A DNA stretch of 64,000 nucleotides from positions 384,001 to 448,000 of the forward strand of contig CAVXLD010000012.1 of the NCBI GenBank assembly GCA_963762565.1. The letters are read 5' to 3'. The first letter of the stretch is position 1. Each line of letters starts with the position of its first letter. This DNA is from an uncultured Verrucomicrobiae bacterium (GTDB lineage: Bacteria > Verrucomicrobiota > Verrucomicrobiia > Chthoniobacterales > JAFAMB01). Position numbers and translations under genes: made by a program. The notes beneath the pieces are model-generated. The model was not told the DNA's origin. It saw only the letters and a program-made list of their open reading frames with translations, and ran no database searches. Below, piece after piece: positions 1 to 10,322 of the stretch.

Positions 1-468
1 CTGCTTGGCCATTTCTTCGCCAACTAGCTTGGAAAGCGAATACGCCGTTTCAGGTCTACCCGGGTATTCTTCATCCACTGGGACATAGGGGGGTGGTGTA
101 TCGAATGGCAATCCTAAGACGGTTTCGCTCGACGCCCATACGATGTTCTTGATCTGGAGTTGTCTGGCTGCCTCGAACACGTTGTAGGTGCTGATTGTGT
201 TAGTCTCAAATATCACGTGATTAGGGGCCAGACCCGGGGCTGGGATTGCGGCCAGATGAACAATGCCGGTTACCTTTTGCACCCGCTCATCGATCGCCGA
301 TAACGCTGCCATCGTTTGACCGAAATCGGTTATATCAACCCGGCTGCCCGGAACACCCTGATCGCCCGCCGCAACCTGATCGATATTGCAGATTTGATAT
401 CCGTGAGCCACGAGTTCCTTGATACAGGCTCGACCCGCTTTGCCGCTACCGCCGGTAACCACAATCAT
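1..468 (-). CDS. NAD-dependent epimerase/dehydratase family protein (3' end outside window)
   Basis: Manual translation from ATG 468 gives MIVVTGGSGKAG (Rossmann motif), HLAAIP, WASSE and YSLSK (YxxxK). The frame is open to the window edge. Confidence 0.9.
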   Translation of the reverse strand, partial: MIVVTGGSGKAGRACIKELVAHGYQICNIDQVAAGDQGVPGSRVDITDFGQTMAALSAIDERVQKVTGIVHLAAIPAPGLAPNHVIFETNTISTYNVFEAARQLQIKNIVWASSETVLGLPFDTPPPYVPVDEEYPGRPETAYSLSKLVGEEMAKQ

Positions 469-654
469 GGAGGGCACTGAATCGTAGCCCGGAGAAATAG
501 CAACCGCGAATGGATCCGCCTCCGCCAAGCCTACGGCGCGACGGGCCGCGAAGAGAAACCCCAATTCAACCGCGGATCAACGTAGATGGAAGGCGCATGG
601 CGGGCAGTGGGTTCACACCGTCCACTCAGTCCACTGTGTCCACTCAGTCCACTT

Positions 655-1899
655 CTACGCCGGTTCCACCAACGAGACTCCCATTCTTGTCCTGCGGAAA
701 TGAAAATAGGCCTGCACAAACGCCATAGCCTGGGCCAAAGCCGCTACAAAGAATACAATGCCCACCCGGAAATCCGTGGCCTGAAGACCGGAGACCTGTG
801 CTAGCAACGGTGCTCCGACTAAAGGTGCGATTACTCCCATGATACTACTGATCGAGTTCAGCGAACCCAGCATTATCCCTTGGTGACGCGGATCCACCGC
901 CTTAGACACGATCCCTTGCAAGGCTGGGTTTATAACGAAACCCAACACGTTGATTAAAATGATCGCGTACATCATCCAGCCTTGGAAAGCGAGTCCGTAG
1001 AGCACGTAAGCCACTGAAGAAGACGCCATACCCGCTAAGGCCGTGCGAGTGTCACCGAATTTCTTCAAAAGCAGGCCGAGCAAACCCGCTTGAGCGATGG
1101 TGCTGGCAATGCCAACTACAAAGAGCGATATGCCATTCGCTTGTGGCCCCCAGCCGAATCGAAACGAAGTGTAAAGCACCCACGTGGTCTGGAGCATGAA
1201 TTGGCCAAACACACTGAAAATATAGACCAGCACCAAACTGCCGATTCCCCGCACCTGCGTCAGCGCCAGGATCGCTGAGAACGGGTTTACTTTCTTAAAA
1301 TCGATCGCAGTCCGGCGTTCCTTCGACAGGGATTCCGGCAAAATAAAATAGCCGTTAAGCCAATTTAACAGAGCAAGAACGGCTGCGGCGAAATAAGGCA
1401 ACCGCAAGTTATTAGCGGCTAACAAACCACCGATCATCGGTCCGCAGATGAAGCCAAGCCCGAACACGGCGCCCATCAGTCCAAAGCTCCGGCTGCGATT
1501 CTCCGGTGTAGTGACATCGGCAATGTAAGCGCCAGCCACGGTGTAACTTGCGCCCGACGCACCGCCGATCAGACGAGATACCAGCAAAAGCCAAAGCCAG
1601 GGGGAGATCGCGGTAATTAAAAAATTGAGTCCAAGACCAAAGATCGAGATGAGCAGAACCGAACGCCGGCCGAACCGATCGCTAATCGCGCCAAGCAGCG
1701 GAGCGGAGAAGAATTGCGCCAATCCGTACGAAGCCAATAATGCTCCGTACCAATACGCTTGTGCCGGTTTGTCGGCCGTCATGCTGGAAACGAGCGCCGG
1801 CAATACCGGGATAACAATCCCGAACCCCAGCATGTCCAGAAATACTGTCGCCAGGATGAAGGGCAGACCGGCTTTTCGACCTCGGAACATAGAAATCAT
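655..1899 (-). CDS. MFS transporter, TCR/Tet (DHA1) family
   Basis: About 12 hydrophobic segments, motif A GAISDRFGRR, LDMLGFGIVIPVLP and GPMIGG. Start trimmed to MISM (1899) or MFRG (1890) because the longer ORF begins inside a repeat. Confidence 0.9.
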   Translation of the reverse strand: MISMFRGRKAGLPFILATVFLDMLGFGIVIPVLPALVSSMTADKPAQAYWYGALLASYGLAQFFSAPLLGAISDRFGRRSVLLISIFGLGLNFLITAISPWLWLLLVSRLIGGASGASYTVAGAYIADVTTPENRSRSFGLMGAVFGLGFICGPMIGGLLAANNLRLPYFAAAVLALLNWLNGYFILPESLSKERRTAIDFKKVNPFSAILALTQVRGIGSLVLVYIFSVFGQFMLQTTWVLYTSFRFGWGPQANGISLFVVGIASTIAQAGLLGLLLKKFGDTRTALAGMASSSVAYVLYGLAFQGWMMYAIILINVLGFVINPALQGIVSKAVDPRHQGIMLGSLNSISSIMGVIAPLVGAPLLAQVSGLQATDFRVGIVFFVAALAQAMAFVQAYFHFRRTRMGVSLVEPA

Positions 1900-2084
1900 T
1901 GGGTGCGGGAGGTCGCGAAAGGTACCGCGAATGCATGCTAATGAAAGGCGTAATAGCAGGAGTTCAGGGTGGGGTGGACTACAACATTGCAAGCATGAAG
2001 GTCCTATGCACGAGAATCGTAGAACAACCCTATACCCAAGATAGCAGGCTCCTGAACTCCTGAACTCCTGCAACTCCTACTCCT

Positions 2085-3060
2085 TTAATCTGCTCTGCGT
2101 TGTGGCGCGATGAAGAGTCTGCCTGCCTGGCGCCGGCAGGAGTTACCGGCTGAAAGATTGACCTTTGCGATCTCTTGATGGTTTAGCATGGAGCGGATTT
2201 GTTCTACCTCTTCAAAACCGACATCATTGATCTGTTTCCGAGTTAACCATTGGTGAATTACTCTGCGTTGTAGCGCCACGGGTAGCGTTCTCAGGTCGCG
2301 CACAGGCAACTGCATCTAGTTCCCACCAGCCAGGTGTTAACTGACGGAGCAGCTCGGCTTCATCAGCCGCAATCTCACATAGTCGCAAAAGATTTGCTTT
2401 AAATGGCCGGCCTAGGATTTGCTCAATCTGGGGCACTAACAGATTCCGGATCCGGTTACGCGTAAATTTATTCTCCGCGTTAGTAACGTCCTCGGAAAAT
2501 TTGAGACGCCGTTTCCTGGCATAATCGCGAATTTGCGTTTTCCAGACCTGGAGGAGAGGCCGGACGAAAACAAGCTCGGATCCCTCCACCGAGATTCGCG
2601 TTTTTGTTCGCATCGCCGCGTGGCCAATCGCACCCGTGCCACGCAGCAGGTTCAACAGAAAAGTTTCAACTTGGTCATCCGCATGATGACCGAGAAAGAC
2701 ATGCTTAGCGCCGAATTTCTTCGCTGCCTTAGCAAAGAAATGCTGGCGAGCTTGGCGAGCAGCGGTTTCCAGGGAAAGTTTGGCCGGCCATTCCTCGACT
2801 TGATCCTGAAAGATTGGCAGCTTCAGACGGCTCGCCAGTCGCCGGATGAATTGGGCTTCTCGTTCACTATCGATACCACGCAACCGGTGATCGAGGTGAC
2901 AAATCACCAGGTTGCCGAGGCCTGCGTCCAACAAGATTTGTAGGAGTACCCGGGAATCGATCCCGCCAGAAACACCGACCAGGTAAGGCGGTGCTTTTGG
3001 ATAAGGTTGAAGGCTCTGGGTCGCCTCTTCGACCCAGGCTAAGCGTTGATCTACAGGCAT
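2085..3060 (-). CDS. tilS: tRNA(Ile)-lysidine synthetase, frame break near 2313
   Basis: PP-loop VSGGIDS, HHADDQVET and RNRIR. The C-terminal part (LPVALQRRVIHQWL) is in another frame (2085..2315). Confidence 0.9.
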
Positions 3061-3110
3061 GGTCCTTTTTCATAGAACCATGCCTGTGCAGCTTGAGCAA
3101 TTAACCTGAT

Positions 3111-4706
3111 CTAGAGATTAGGGTCGGTAGCTAAAGTCTCGCCAATGGGTGAGCCGATGCCGCTCACGTTATCGTATCCAACTTTGGCATTATATTCACC
3201 ATTGCTGCCTTGAGTCACGTCGTAGAAATCGGTATACCCGGACTTCTTGAACGCCCTGTAAATGTCCGGATTAACGTAGCCTAGCCGCGTTCCTTTCACT
3301 TGATTGATCTCAAGTTGGAGCGCCACATAGGTAGGTGAGCTCCAGGAAGTGCCTTCACCCGATACCCATCCTCCTGAGACAAAAATGTCAACCAAGTCAG
3401 CTGGGAACGATAGATCGGGCACATTCCGGGTGGTGGTTGACGCTAAGCCGCTGACCCCTTTTTGATACTTGGGAATCGCGTACAAGCTGGAAACGCCGCC
3501 GCCCGAACCGCTCCAAGCTTGGTCAGTCACATATGTACCACCGCTGTAGCTGATATCGGTTCCGCCCAAGGAGATTACCTGCGGCACTACCGCGGGCCAG
3601 CTAACGATCCCGCCGTTGGACCCACTGTCACCGCTCGATGCCGACCAGGTGATGCCTTTGGCTTCCCCGGCTTTCACAGCCGCCGTGAACGTTGCGTCTT
3701 TGAACTCGTCGCCCCCAAAACTCATATTCACCGCTTCCGCAGTATTGTCGGAAACGATTTTATTGGCCGCGCCGTTAATGTCAGCGGTAGACAATTCCTT
3801 GATCAGGTACAGGATGATGTCGGCTCCCGGCGCCAGGCCGCCGATTGTCTCGGTGTCGAGTGCTGTCTCATCCACATCGCTATTGATCGCGCCGGTACCG
3901 CTGACGATCTCGCGGGAGATTGTACCCGTGCGCGTGATCGGGAAATAGGAGAAAAAGCTGGTCAAGTCCGAAGTTTTGACATTCGAATCGATGATGATCG
4001 CAGCGGTATGCCCGGTGCCGTCGTATCCATTCTGGACCGGGAAATTGAAATCGTTGGCTAAGGCTACCGGAGTATATCCACCACCTGGACCTTGAATCGG
4101 GCCGGTAATGGAGTCCCGATGAACACCGACTTTCGCCACGATCAAGTTGTCGACATGAATGGCGAGAACCAGCGGAATCAGAGAATCCGGTAACAACGCG
4201 GGTGTCACGTTCATGTAACGGTCGCCGCCGGCAGCTTGCGCAACCGTGTGGATCTCAGTCTTGAAGTAGCTTTCCACTAGAGCGCTCGTCGCCTTTGCAT
4301 ACACCAGGACCCGGTTTGACGTGGTCTGGGTTATCTGAAAGCCGGCTTTTTGGAGCGCGCTGGTCACGCTGTTTAATTGTTCAGCCGTGGGCCCAAATCG
4401 CTCGTCAAACTGAGCAGTTGTCAAATACTTGTGGTAGTTCGCGGAGCTGGGATCGCTCTGTTCCTCTACGAGTCGATCCAGATCGTCGGAGTGGTTGTAA
4501 CGGAGGGTAACAACAACATCGACCAGTGCGCTTCCAGCTCGGCGACCTAAGTCTTGAACGCCAGCTATCGGTAGTACTTCGGCACCGATGGCTGGGTTTT
4601 CGTTAGTGGTTGCCGCGTCATCTCCTGCATAAACTCGGCTGATTCCAATACAAGCGAATAGGAGCCCAGAGAATAGACCGATGCGATACAATTCCTGCTT
4701 CAACAT
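3111..4706 (-). CDS. S53 (sedolisin/kumamolisin) serine-carboxyl peptidase with pro-domain
   Basis: Signal peptide, pro-kumamolisin region (PSSANYHKYLT..F), ETALD, SSGDSG, GTSWSSP and C-terminal GYDNVSGIGSP. Confidence 0.92.
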   Translation of the reverse strand: MLKQELYRIGLFSGLLFACIGISRVYAGDDAATTNENPAIGAEVLPIAGVQDLGRRAGSALVDVVVTLRYNHSDDLDRLVEEQSDPSSANYHKYLTTAQFDERFGPTAEQLNSVTSALQKAGFQITQTTSNRVLVYAKATSALVESYFKTEIHTVAQAAGGDRYMNVTPALLPDSLIPLVLAIHVDNLIVAKVGVHRDSITGPIQGPGGGYTPVALANDFNFPVQNGYDGTGHTAAIIIDSNVKTSDLTSFFSYFPITRTGTISREIVSGTGAINSDVDETALDTETIGGLAPGADIILYLIKELSTADINGAANKIVSDNTAEAVNMSFGGDEFKDATFTAAVKAGEAKGITWSASSGDSGSNGGIVSWPAVVPQVISLGGTDISYSGGTYVTDQAWSGSGGGVSSLYAIPKYQKGVSGLASTTTRNVPDLSFPADLVDIFVSGGWVSGEGTSWSSPTYVALQLEINQVKGTRLGYVNPDIYRAFKKSGYTDFYDVTQGSNGEYNAKVGYDNVSGIGSPIGETLATDPNL

Positions 4707-4803
4707 AGGTATTTAGTTTGGATTAATGTCTACGGGGCCCAAAAATGGGTGACCAGCAGTAACATCTTTGCCTGAAACTGTCGAAAGCAATCTTACACGA
4801 CGT

Positions 4804-4981
4804 TTCTCGTGGAGCGTGCCTCGCTCGCGAGGCCGCGGTAAACAGGGTCCAGGGCTTGATGCAAGCCTATTTTTGTCAGCGCTCTGGATCTTCATGCAAA
4901 AGAGCACAGCCAAGCGAGGCGCCCACCGCGCTATCAGTCTTGCTTACCACGGCCTCGCAAGCGAGGCACGTTCCACGAGAA
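4804..4981. repeat. Family A REPIN/MITE-like element
   Basis: About 40-bp terminal inverted repeats built on CGTGGAGCG(T/C)GCCTCGCTTGCGAGGCCG. Confidence 0.85.
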
Positions 4982-5008
4982 GCGCGCTTGTTGCTTTCGG
5001 CGTCACGG

Positions 5009-6001
5009 CTATGCCGGCGTTAAGACAGCAGCGCCTTCCAATTTGCCTTTACGCGCTGCATCCAAGGCCTCGTTTGCTTGAGCGAGCGGAAACCGGGTAA
5101 CTCTGGGTTGGATCCTCGCCGCGGGGGCCAGCCGAAGAAATTCTTCGGCGTCTCGGCGAGTCAAATTAGCGACAGAACAGAGGGTTCGTTCTCCCCAAAG
5201 CCAGGCGTAAGGGAAAGCAGGGATATCGCTCATATGAATCCCACCACAAACCACCCGGCCTCCTTTATCAACTGCCTGCAACGCTTGAGGAACCAAAGGC
5301 CCAGCCGGAGCAAATATGATGGCGGCGTCGAGCGGGTCGGGCGGTAATTGGTCGGAACCGCCGGCCCAGGTTGCACCTAACTCTTTGGCGAAGAGCTGAC
5401 CAGGCGTGTCTCCCGGGCGAGTAAAAGCAAATATCGCTCGACCTTGGTAAGTCGCTGCCTGTGCTACCAAGTGTGCAGCTGCGCCGAACCCGTAAATACC
5501 AAGTTTTTTGACTCGGTCCGCTGGGCCGGCTAGAACCAGCGACCGGTATCCGATCAGTCCCGCGCACAACAAGGGAGCGGCAACCGCTGGGTCGCTATAA
5601 TAATCTGGAATTCTGAAACAGAAGCGTTCGTCGGCGACCGCATATTCAGCATAACCGCCGTCGCGTGTGTAACCGGTGAACAGAGCGTTCTCACAAAGAT
5701 TTTCTTTATCTGCGAGGCAAAACCGGCAATGGCCGCACGTGCGACCCAGCCATGGGATCCCAACTCGTTCCCCGATGTTGAATCGGCCAGACACACACTG
5801 GCTAACCGTGCCAACAATTTCGTGCCCGGGGATAAGCGGCAGTTTCGGTTTCGGCAGCTCTCCGTCTACAACATGCAGATCGGTCCGGCACACCGCACAG
5901 GCCTCTACTTTAACCAGTAGTTCACCATTCCTTGGTTTAGGTACCGGAACCTGAGCCGGACTCAATGGTGTTAAAGGCTGGGTTAACACCATGGCGAACA
6001 T
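5009..6001 (-). CDS. Zinc-dependent alcohol dehydrogenase family protein
   Basis: CRTDLH, GHEIVG, CGHCRFC...C and GIYGFGAAA. Start taken at MFAM (6001); the upstream extension runs into a repeat. Confidence 0.92.
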   Translation of the reverse strand: MFAMVLTQPLTPLSPAQVPVPKPRNGELLVKVEACAVCRTDLHVVDGELPKPKLPLIPGHEIVGTVSQCVSGRFNIGERVGIPWLGRTCGHCRFCLADKENLCENALFTGYTRDGGYAEYAVADERFCFRIPDYYSDPAVAAPLLCAGLIGYRSLVLAGPADRVKKLGIYGFGAAAHLVAQAATYQGRAIFAFTRPGDTPGQLFAKELGATWAGGSDQLPPDPLDAAIIFAPAGPLVPQALQAVDKGGRVVCGGIHMSDIPAFPYAWLWGERTLCSVANLTRRDAEEFLRLAPAARIQPRVTRFPLAQANEALDAARKGKLEGAAVLTPA

Positions 6002-6097
6002 GCTGCTGGGGACTTCCACGGTTGGCACGCTGAAAACCGTCGAGCTTGGTGTCCCGGCGTCAAGGCCGTATTCGTAGTAGTCGTTCCGTCGTTTTGG

Positions 6098-6306
6098 AGG
6101 GGTCGCCACCCGTGGAGCGCTGCCTCGCTTGCGAGGCCGTGGTAAACAGGGGAAAACCGTGATGCATATCGAATTTCTGTCTGCGCTCTATTGCGAGGTC
6201 GGCCTTTTACACAGAAGAGCGCAGCTTGACGATTCGTCTTTCCACACCCTTGGCTCCGCTCACCACGGCCTCGCAAGCGAGGCACGCTCCAGGGGTGGCG
6301 GCCCCT
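6098..6306. repeat. Family A REPIN/MITE-like element
   Basis: Same TIRs extended by GGGGTCGCCACC; inner CTGCGCTCT...AGAGCGCAG stem. Confidence 0.88.
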
Positions 6307-6447
6307 TCAACTTTTCGAGCACGAGGACGAGGACGATTACGAGAACGATTTTTCAGCGGTTATTACGACCGCTAAAAAAGTACAGCACCAACCCCCCTCC
6401 TAGAGGTTGGTGCTGCTCGGCTGCATCGCCAGAACCGCCGGGCGTGC

Positions 6448-8376
6448 TCACTCACTCACGCTCGGCGAAGGCTGAGGCGATGGGTCTACTTTGGGCTCTT
6501 CGGGAAATTGTTTGGGCAAATCTGAAGCTCCAGGCCGAGGAGCAATTTGTTCTCGCTCCTGGAAATGCGGGGCTAGAAAGAAGAATCGGTTTTCAGGCGG
6601 TAGCGCTTCAATAGGTCCAGGCATTCGTCGGGTGATGACAAGACCCGCATCGTCTTTCAGCTTGTTGATACCATCGATGCTCCGCCTATAAGCGTCCTTC
6701 TGTTGCTCGAGCACGTCCGGAGGAACCGCGACACGCTTCCCGTTCACAACGAATCCTTGTACTTCTGCGCTCTCGCCAGTGATTGCCCGTAATGCCACCT
6801 TGCGTAATTGCGGATCGGGGTCCTGCTTTGCGATCGAGATCAAGAATTCTTTGGCGGTTTTTGAGTCGGTTGCACCTAATCCTCGCAAACACGCTGTCCT
6901 GACCGTCGCGCTGGTTGCGCTACGATAAATCGTGATTAGCTGGTTGATAGTCGCTTCATCGAGATGTCTGGCGAGTAACTCAATCGCCGCGGTCCGAATG
7001 GCATCCGATGTCTCGTGCAGTGCCAGATCGTTTAGTTTCTCCCTCACCCGCGGATCCGCTCCCCGTCTTGGTGTCATCCGATACAAAATGGTTAGGCGGA
7101 TTTGTTCGTCTTTACTTTGGTTGAACAGCGCGAGCAACGCGGCAGTAACGTCATTGCCCTCGTGGTCACACAGCGCAAACGTCGCTTCTTGGCGAACACT
7201 CGGATCAGGGTCATTCAATGCCGAACTGGTTAGGAGTGAAATAATCTCGGGGTCCAGCGAGGATCGAGTTATTTCCATGCCGTTAGGACCCACTATGGTT
7301 CCGGATTCATTTGCCTGCGCGCTCGGGGTCCACACTATGGCCGGCAACCAAACTAACCCGGCTACGCTGGCGCCCATCAGTCCGATGGCGGCGGCCATGA
7401 TGTTGCGCACCGACGGCCGGACATTCCGGTTACGGGTTCCGTCCAGAATTCGTGTCAGTCTCTGATACAACTGTTTTCCTTGACGGCTAACACCCGCTGC
7501 CAATAGAGACCGTTCTGTGGCTCCGTCTGCCAGGCGAGCCAGTAGGTGGGCATAACTCTTTGCTTGATGAGTCTCGCTCAATACCCGGTCGTCACAAGCC
7601 GCCTCTTGGTGTAGGTGCAAGATCCGGTTGGTAGCCCATAGAAAAGGGTTGATCGGAAAGGCCGCCAGCAATAGTTGCTGCAAGAAAGTCGACCAGTCGT
7701 CAAGCCGTTCCAGGTGGGCGATTTCATGGAGCAGCACATTCCGTTGCTCCATAGCAGAGAACTGCGATTGAAACCCTAACGGCAATAACACCGTTGCTGG
7801 CCAAAGACCGACTGCAACCGGTGAAGAAACTAGCGAGGATTCGGCGATAGTAATCCGCCGGGAGCTAAATACCTGTTCGGTCAGCGACACCGGCTGCGCG
7901 CTGCGGTGGAGCACTCGCAATCGATAGAGTGCGGCCAGCAACCGTACGCCGCAGACGAAACTGAGTAACGCCCAGCCGGCGAAGAGTAGGAGCAGCCAGT
8001 CGACATTCTCAAGCCAAGCTGGTTCCACGATTGGGGGCGCTTTTCGTTCCAAACTGATTGGCTCACGAATTAGCCGGCCCATGAGCGGTGCCGATGGAAG
8101 GTTGTTCACCGCGGCGTCCTTATTCGCTGCTTGAGCACTGTGGACTGCGGGGCTCGGTTGGCCAGGTTTGAGAACAACCAGCAAGGGTGTGCTGGCCAGA
8201 ATCACGAAGGTTAGTAACGACACCCAGTGCCGGGTCGTTGCGCTCCACCGGTCAGCACGAAAACAAAGCGGCAATAGAATTACAGCTCCGATGAAGATAG
8301 GTGCCGATAGAATCAGCCCGTTCAAAAGGTGAGCTGCCACGAGATCGGCAAAATCGGTGAGCGCAGGGATGCTCAT
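6448..8376 (-). CDS. BlaR1-like M56 metallopeptidase with C-terminal HEAT-like repeats
   Basis: N-terminal TM segments, HEIAH (HExxH), QEAACD and DPDPxVR repeats. Overlaps the upstream BlaI gene (ATGA). Confidence 0.9.
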   Translation of the reverse strand: MSIPALTDFADLVAAHLLNGLILSAPIFIGAVILLPLCFRADRWSATTRHWVSLLTFVILASTPLLVVLKPGQPSPAVHSAQAANKDAAVNNLPSAPLMGRLIREPISLERKAPPIVEPAWLENVDWLLLLFAGWALLSFVCGVRLLAALYRLRVLHRSAQPVSLTEQVFSSRRITIAESSLVSSPVAVGLWPATVLLPLGFQSQFSAMEQRNVLLHEIAHLERLDDWSTFLQQLLLAAFPINPFLWATNRILHLHQEAACDDRVLSETHQAKSYAHLLARLADGATERSLLAAGVSRQGKQLYQRLTRILDGTRNRNVRPSVRNIMAAAIGLMGASVAGLVWLPAIVWTPSAQANESGTIVGPNGMEITRSSLDPEIISLLTSSALNDPDPSVRQEATFALCDHEGNDVTAALLALFNQSKDEQIRLTILYRMTPRRGADPRVREKLNDLALHETSDAIRTAAIELLARHLDEATINQLITIYRSATSATVRTACLRGLGATDSKTAKEFLISIAKQDPDPQLRKVALRAITGESAEVQGFVVNGKRVAVPPDVLEQQKDAYRRSIDGINKLKDDAGLVITRRMPGPIEALPPENRFFFLAPHFQEREQIAPRPGASDLPKQFPEEPKVDPSPQPSPSVSE

Positions 8377-8756
8377 GAGTTGTCTCCTTTTTTGATCAAT
8401 TCGCGAATTCGTTGAAGATCTTCCGCATCAAGTTTTTCTGTTTCCAAAACCCGTAACACCAGGAGCTCGGGTGAATTATCGAAAAAGCGGCTAAGAATAT
8501 GTTTTAAGACCTTTTTCTGAGCCTGGTTCTGGTCAACGACTGCATGGTAAACGTAGGCTTGACCCTCTTTCGTGTGGGTGGCGTAGCCTTTCTGTTCAAG
8601 GATTCTGAGCGTAGTCAACACCGTGCTGTAGCTAAGTCCCAGTTCTTTGGGTAGAGCATTCACAACATCGGACACGGTGGACGGACCGCGCTCCCAGAGC
8701 ACTTCCATGGGCCGCAACTCAGCGTCGGTTAAGGTAGGTGAAGTTCTCCGAGCCAT
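8373..8756 (-). CDS. BlaI/MecI/CopY family transcriptional repressor
   Basis: LTDAELRPMEVLWERG, YSTVLTTLRILEQKGY and RFFDNS. Confidence 0.95.
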   Translation of the reverse strand: MARRTSPTLTDAELRPMEVLWERGPSTVSDVVNALPKELGLSYSTVLTTLRILEQKGYATHTKEGQAYVYHAVVDQNQAQKKVLKHILSRFFDNSPELLVLRVLETEKLDAEDLQRIRELIKKGDNS

Positions 8757-8757
8757 T

Positions 8758-8822
8758 TCTATTAAAGAATTAATAGGGTTTTAATCGGAACGATCGCGCC
8801 CGTCAACTAATTCTTTAATAGA
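8758..8822 (-). promoter_or_regulatory. Putative sigma70 promoter with two BlaI-type operator boxes
   Basis: Minus strand TTGACG-17nt-TAAAAC. Perfect 15-bp inverted pair at 8758-8772 and 8808-8822, and palindrome CTATTAA-N4-TTAATAG at 8759-8776. Confidence 0.65.
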
Positions 8823-8872
8823 TCGCAAAAAAAGGAGTTCACGAGGAGGTATCGTGTAAGCGCCGCGCCAGA

Positions 8873-9153
8873 CTGGAGGGGAGCCGCTTTGGTGCGTGAC
8901 TGTCTGACCGCGCGTATTTATTCGAGCGCTGGTCCGGCCTGAGACATGTGCCAAGCAGGCGGCTCCCGGGAATGACCCAGTGATTCGCATTTCTATTGGT
9001 ATCGCTGAAAATGAACGAACAGAATCGCTGGGTAAGAACCTAACGCTGGATAATTCCCGGGAGCCGCCTGTTTTGCACCCGCCGAGGTCATCTCCACCTT
9101 TGGAAGAAATACGCGAGGTCTTAAGTCCACGCGCCAAAGCGGCTCCCCTCCAG
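8873..9153. repeat. Family B four-arm palindromic element
   Basis: GGAGGGGAGCCGCTTTG ... CAGGCGGCTCCCGGGAA ... TTCCCGGGAGCCGCCTG ... CAAAGCGGCTCCCCTCC. Confidence 0.9.
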
Positions 9154-9201
9154 TGCCGAAAGCACGCTCCTTGAACTCCTCGTACTCCTTGAACTCCTTT
9201 T

Positions 9202-10245
9202 CTATAACCGTTCCAAAAACTCCAGGCCCTTCGCTTTGGGTGTGAGTCCCTTTTGGGCCAGCCACTCCGGATTATATAATCGCGAAACGTAACGTGACCC
9301 GGCATCGCATAGGATCGTCGCGATGACTTGCCCGCTTCCCCCTTCTTTTGCCAGCTTTACGGCGCCGCACACGTTGATTGCCGACGAGAGACTCAGAAAG
9401 AGACCTTCTGCGTGCAGCAAATGATAAAGCATCTCCACCGCCACATCGTCCGAGATACGATAAGCCTGATCGATCTTTACTCCCTCCAGGTTCTTCGTGA
9501 CGCGGCTCTGTCCGATTCCTTCCGCTACGGAGTCACCGTCGTTGATGTCGGTATGCCCGAACTTTACCCAGGACCAGATAGCGGCTCCATACGGATCCGC
9601 CGCCACAATCTGCACGTTCGGGTTCTGTTCTTTGAGAAAGAGGGCGACGCCGGCCAATGTGCCGCCAGTGCCGATGGAGGCAACAAAACCTGTGAGCCGA
9701 TGTTCAGTTTGCTCCCAGATTTCCGGGCCAGTCGAATGATAATGCGCCAGACGATTCGCCACATTATCGAATTGATTCGCCCAAAAACCTTTTGGGGTCT
9801 GTTCGGCAACGCGTTGGGAAACGCGAATGTAATTATCCGGATCTTTGTACGGCTTTTCCGGAACTGTTCTGACTTCAGCGCCCATGGCCCGCAAGCCTTC
9901 GATCTTTTCTTTGGATTGGGTTTCGGGGATGATGATCAACGTGCGATACCCCCGCGCGTTGCCTACGAGCGCCAACCCAATGCCGGTGTTCCCGGCGGTG
10001 CCCTCCACGATGACTCCTCCAGGCTCGAGCGCTCCCGAGACTTCACCATCGAGCACGATCCCCAAAGCTGCGCGATCCTTTACCGACCCGCCCGGGTTCG
10101 CGAACTCTGCCTTCCCCCAAATTTCGCATCCGGTGACTTCTGACAATTTGTGCAATCGAAGGAGCGGAGTTCGGCCGATGGTTTCGCAAAATCCATCCGT
10201 AACAAATCCGAAAGGCGCAGGTTTGGAGGATGCAAACGTGAGCAT
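9202..10245 (-). CDS. cysK: Cysteine synthase (PLP-dependent O-acetylserine sulfhydrylase family)
   Basis: NPGGSVKDR (PLP lysine), TAGNTG, NQFDN, GTGGT and EGIG. Confidence 0.9.
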   Translation of the reverse strand: MLTFASSKPAPFGFVTDGFCETIGRTPLLRLHKLSEVTGCEIWGKAEFANPGGSVKDRAALGIVLDGEVSGALEPGGVIVEGTAGNTGIGLALVGNARGYRTLIIIPETQSKEKIEGLRAMGAEVRTVPEKPYKDPDNYIRVSQRVAEQTPKGFWANQFDNVANRLAHYHSTGPEIWEQTEHRLTGFVASIGTGGTLAGVALFLKEQNPNVQIVAADPYGAAIWSWVKFGHTDINDGDSVAEGIGQSRVTKNLEGVKIDQAYRISDDVAVEMLYHLLHAEGLFLSLSSAINVCGAVKLAKEGGSGQVIATILCDAGSRYVSRLYNPEWLAQKGLTPKAKGLEFLERL

Positions 10246-10322
10246 GTATCAAATAGAGCCAAAGATGTGGCGCGGGAAAGCAAATCCGAATTCTATATCT
10301 ACTTTCGAATAAAGAGGCCGCC

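Noticed and set aside
2300..2330. Programmed ribosomal frameshift in tilS
   Set aside because: There is no slippery heptamer, and similar single-base breaks in three other genes point to errors or decay.
6002..6109. N-terminal extensions of ADH, MFS and CoxD in the ORF track
   Set aside because: The starts fall within or beside repeats, and family-typical N-termini begin downstream.
6448..8756. BlaI/BlaR pair as regulator of the class A beta-lactamase
   Set aside because: It lies 36 kb away, lacks a penicillin-binding sensor domain, and no operator copy was seen upstream of bla.
8781..9305. ORFs over intergenic repeats (for example 8781..9305, 6129..6614, 25030..25407, 31730..32194, 49631..50083)
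   Set aside because: They translate repeat arms into recurrent strings (LASEAR, EGSRFG, PGSRL) and show no domain signal.
9328..10143. Long antisense ORFs (for example 9328..10143, 3462..4061, 56373..56972)
   Set aside because: These are shadows of well-supported genes on the opposite strand in GC-rich sequence.
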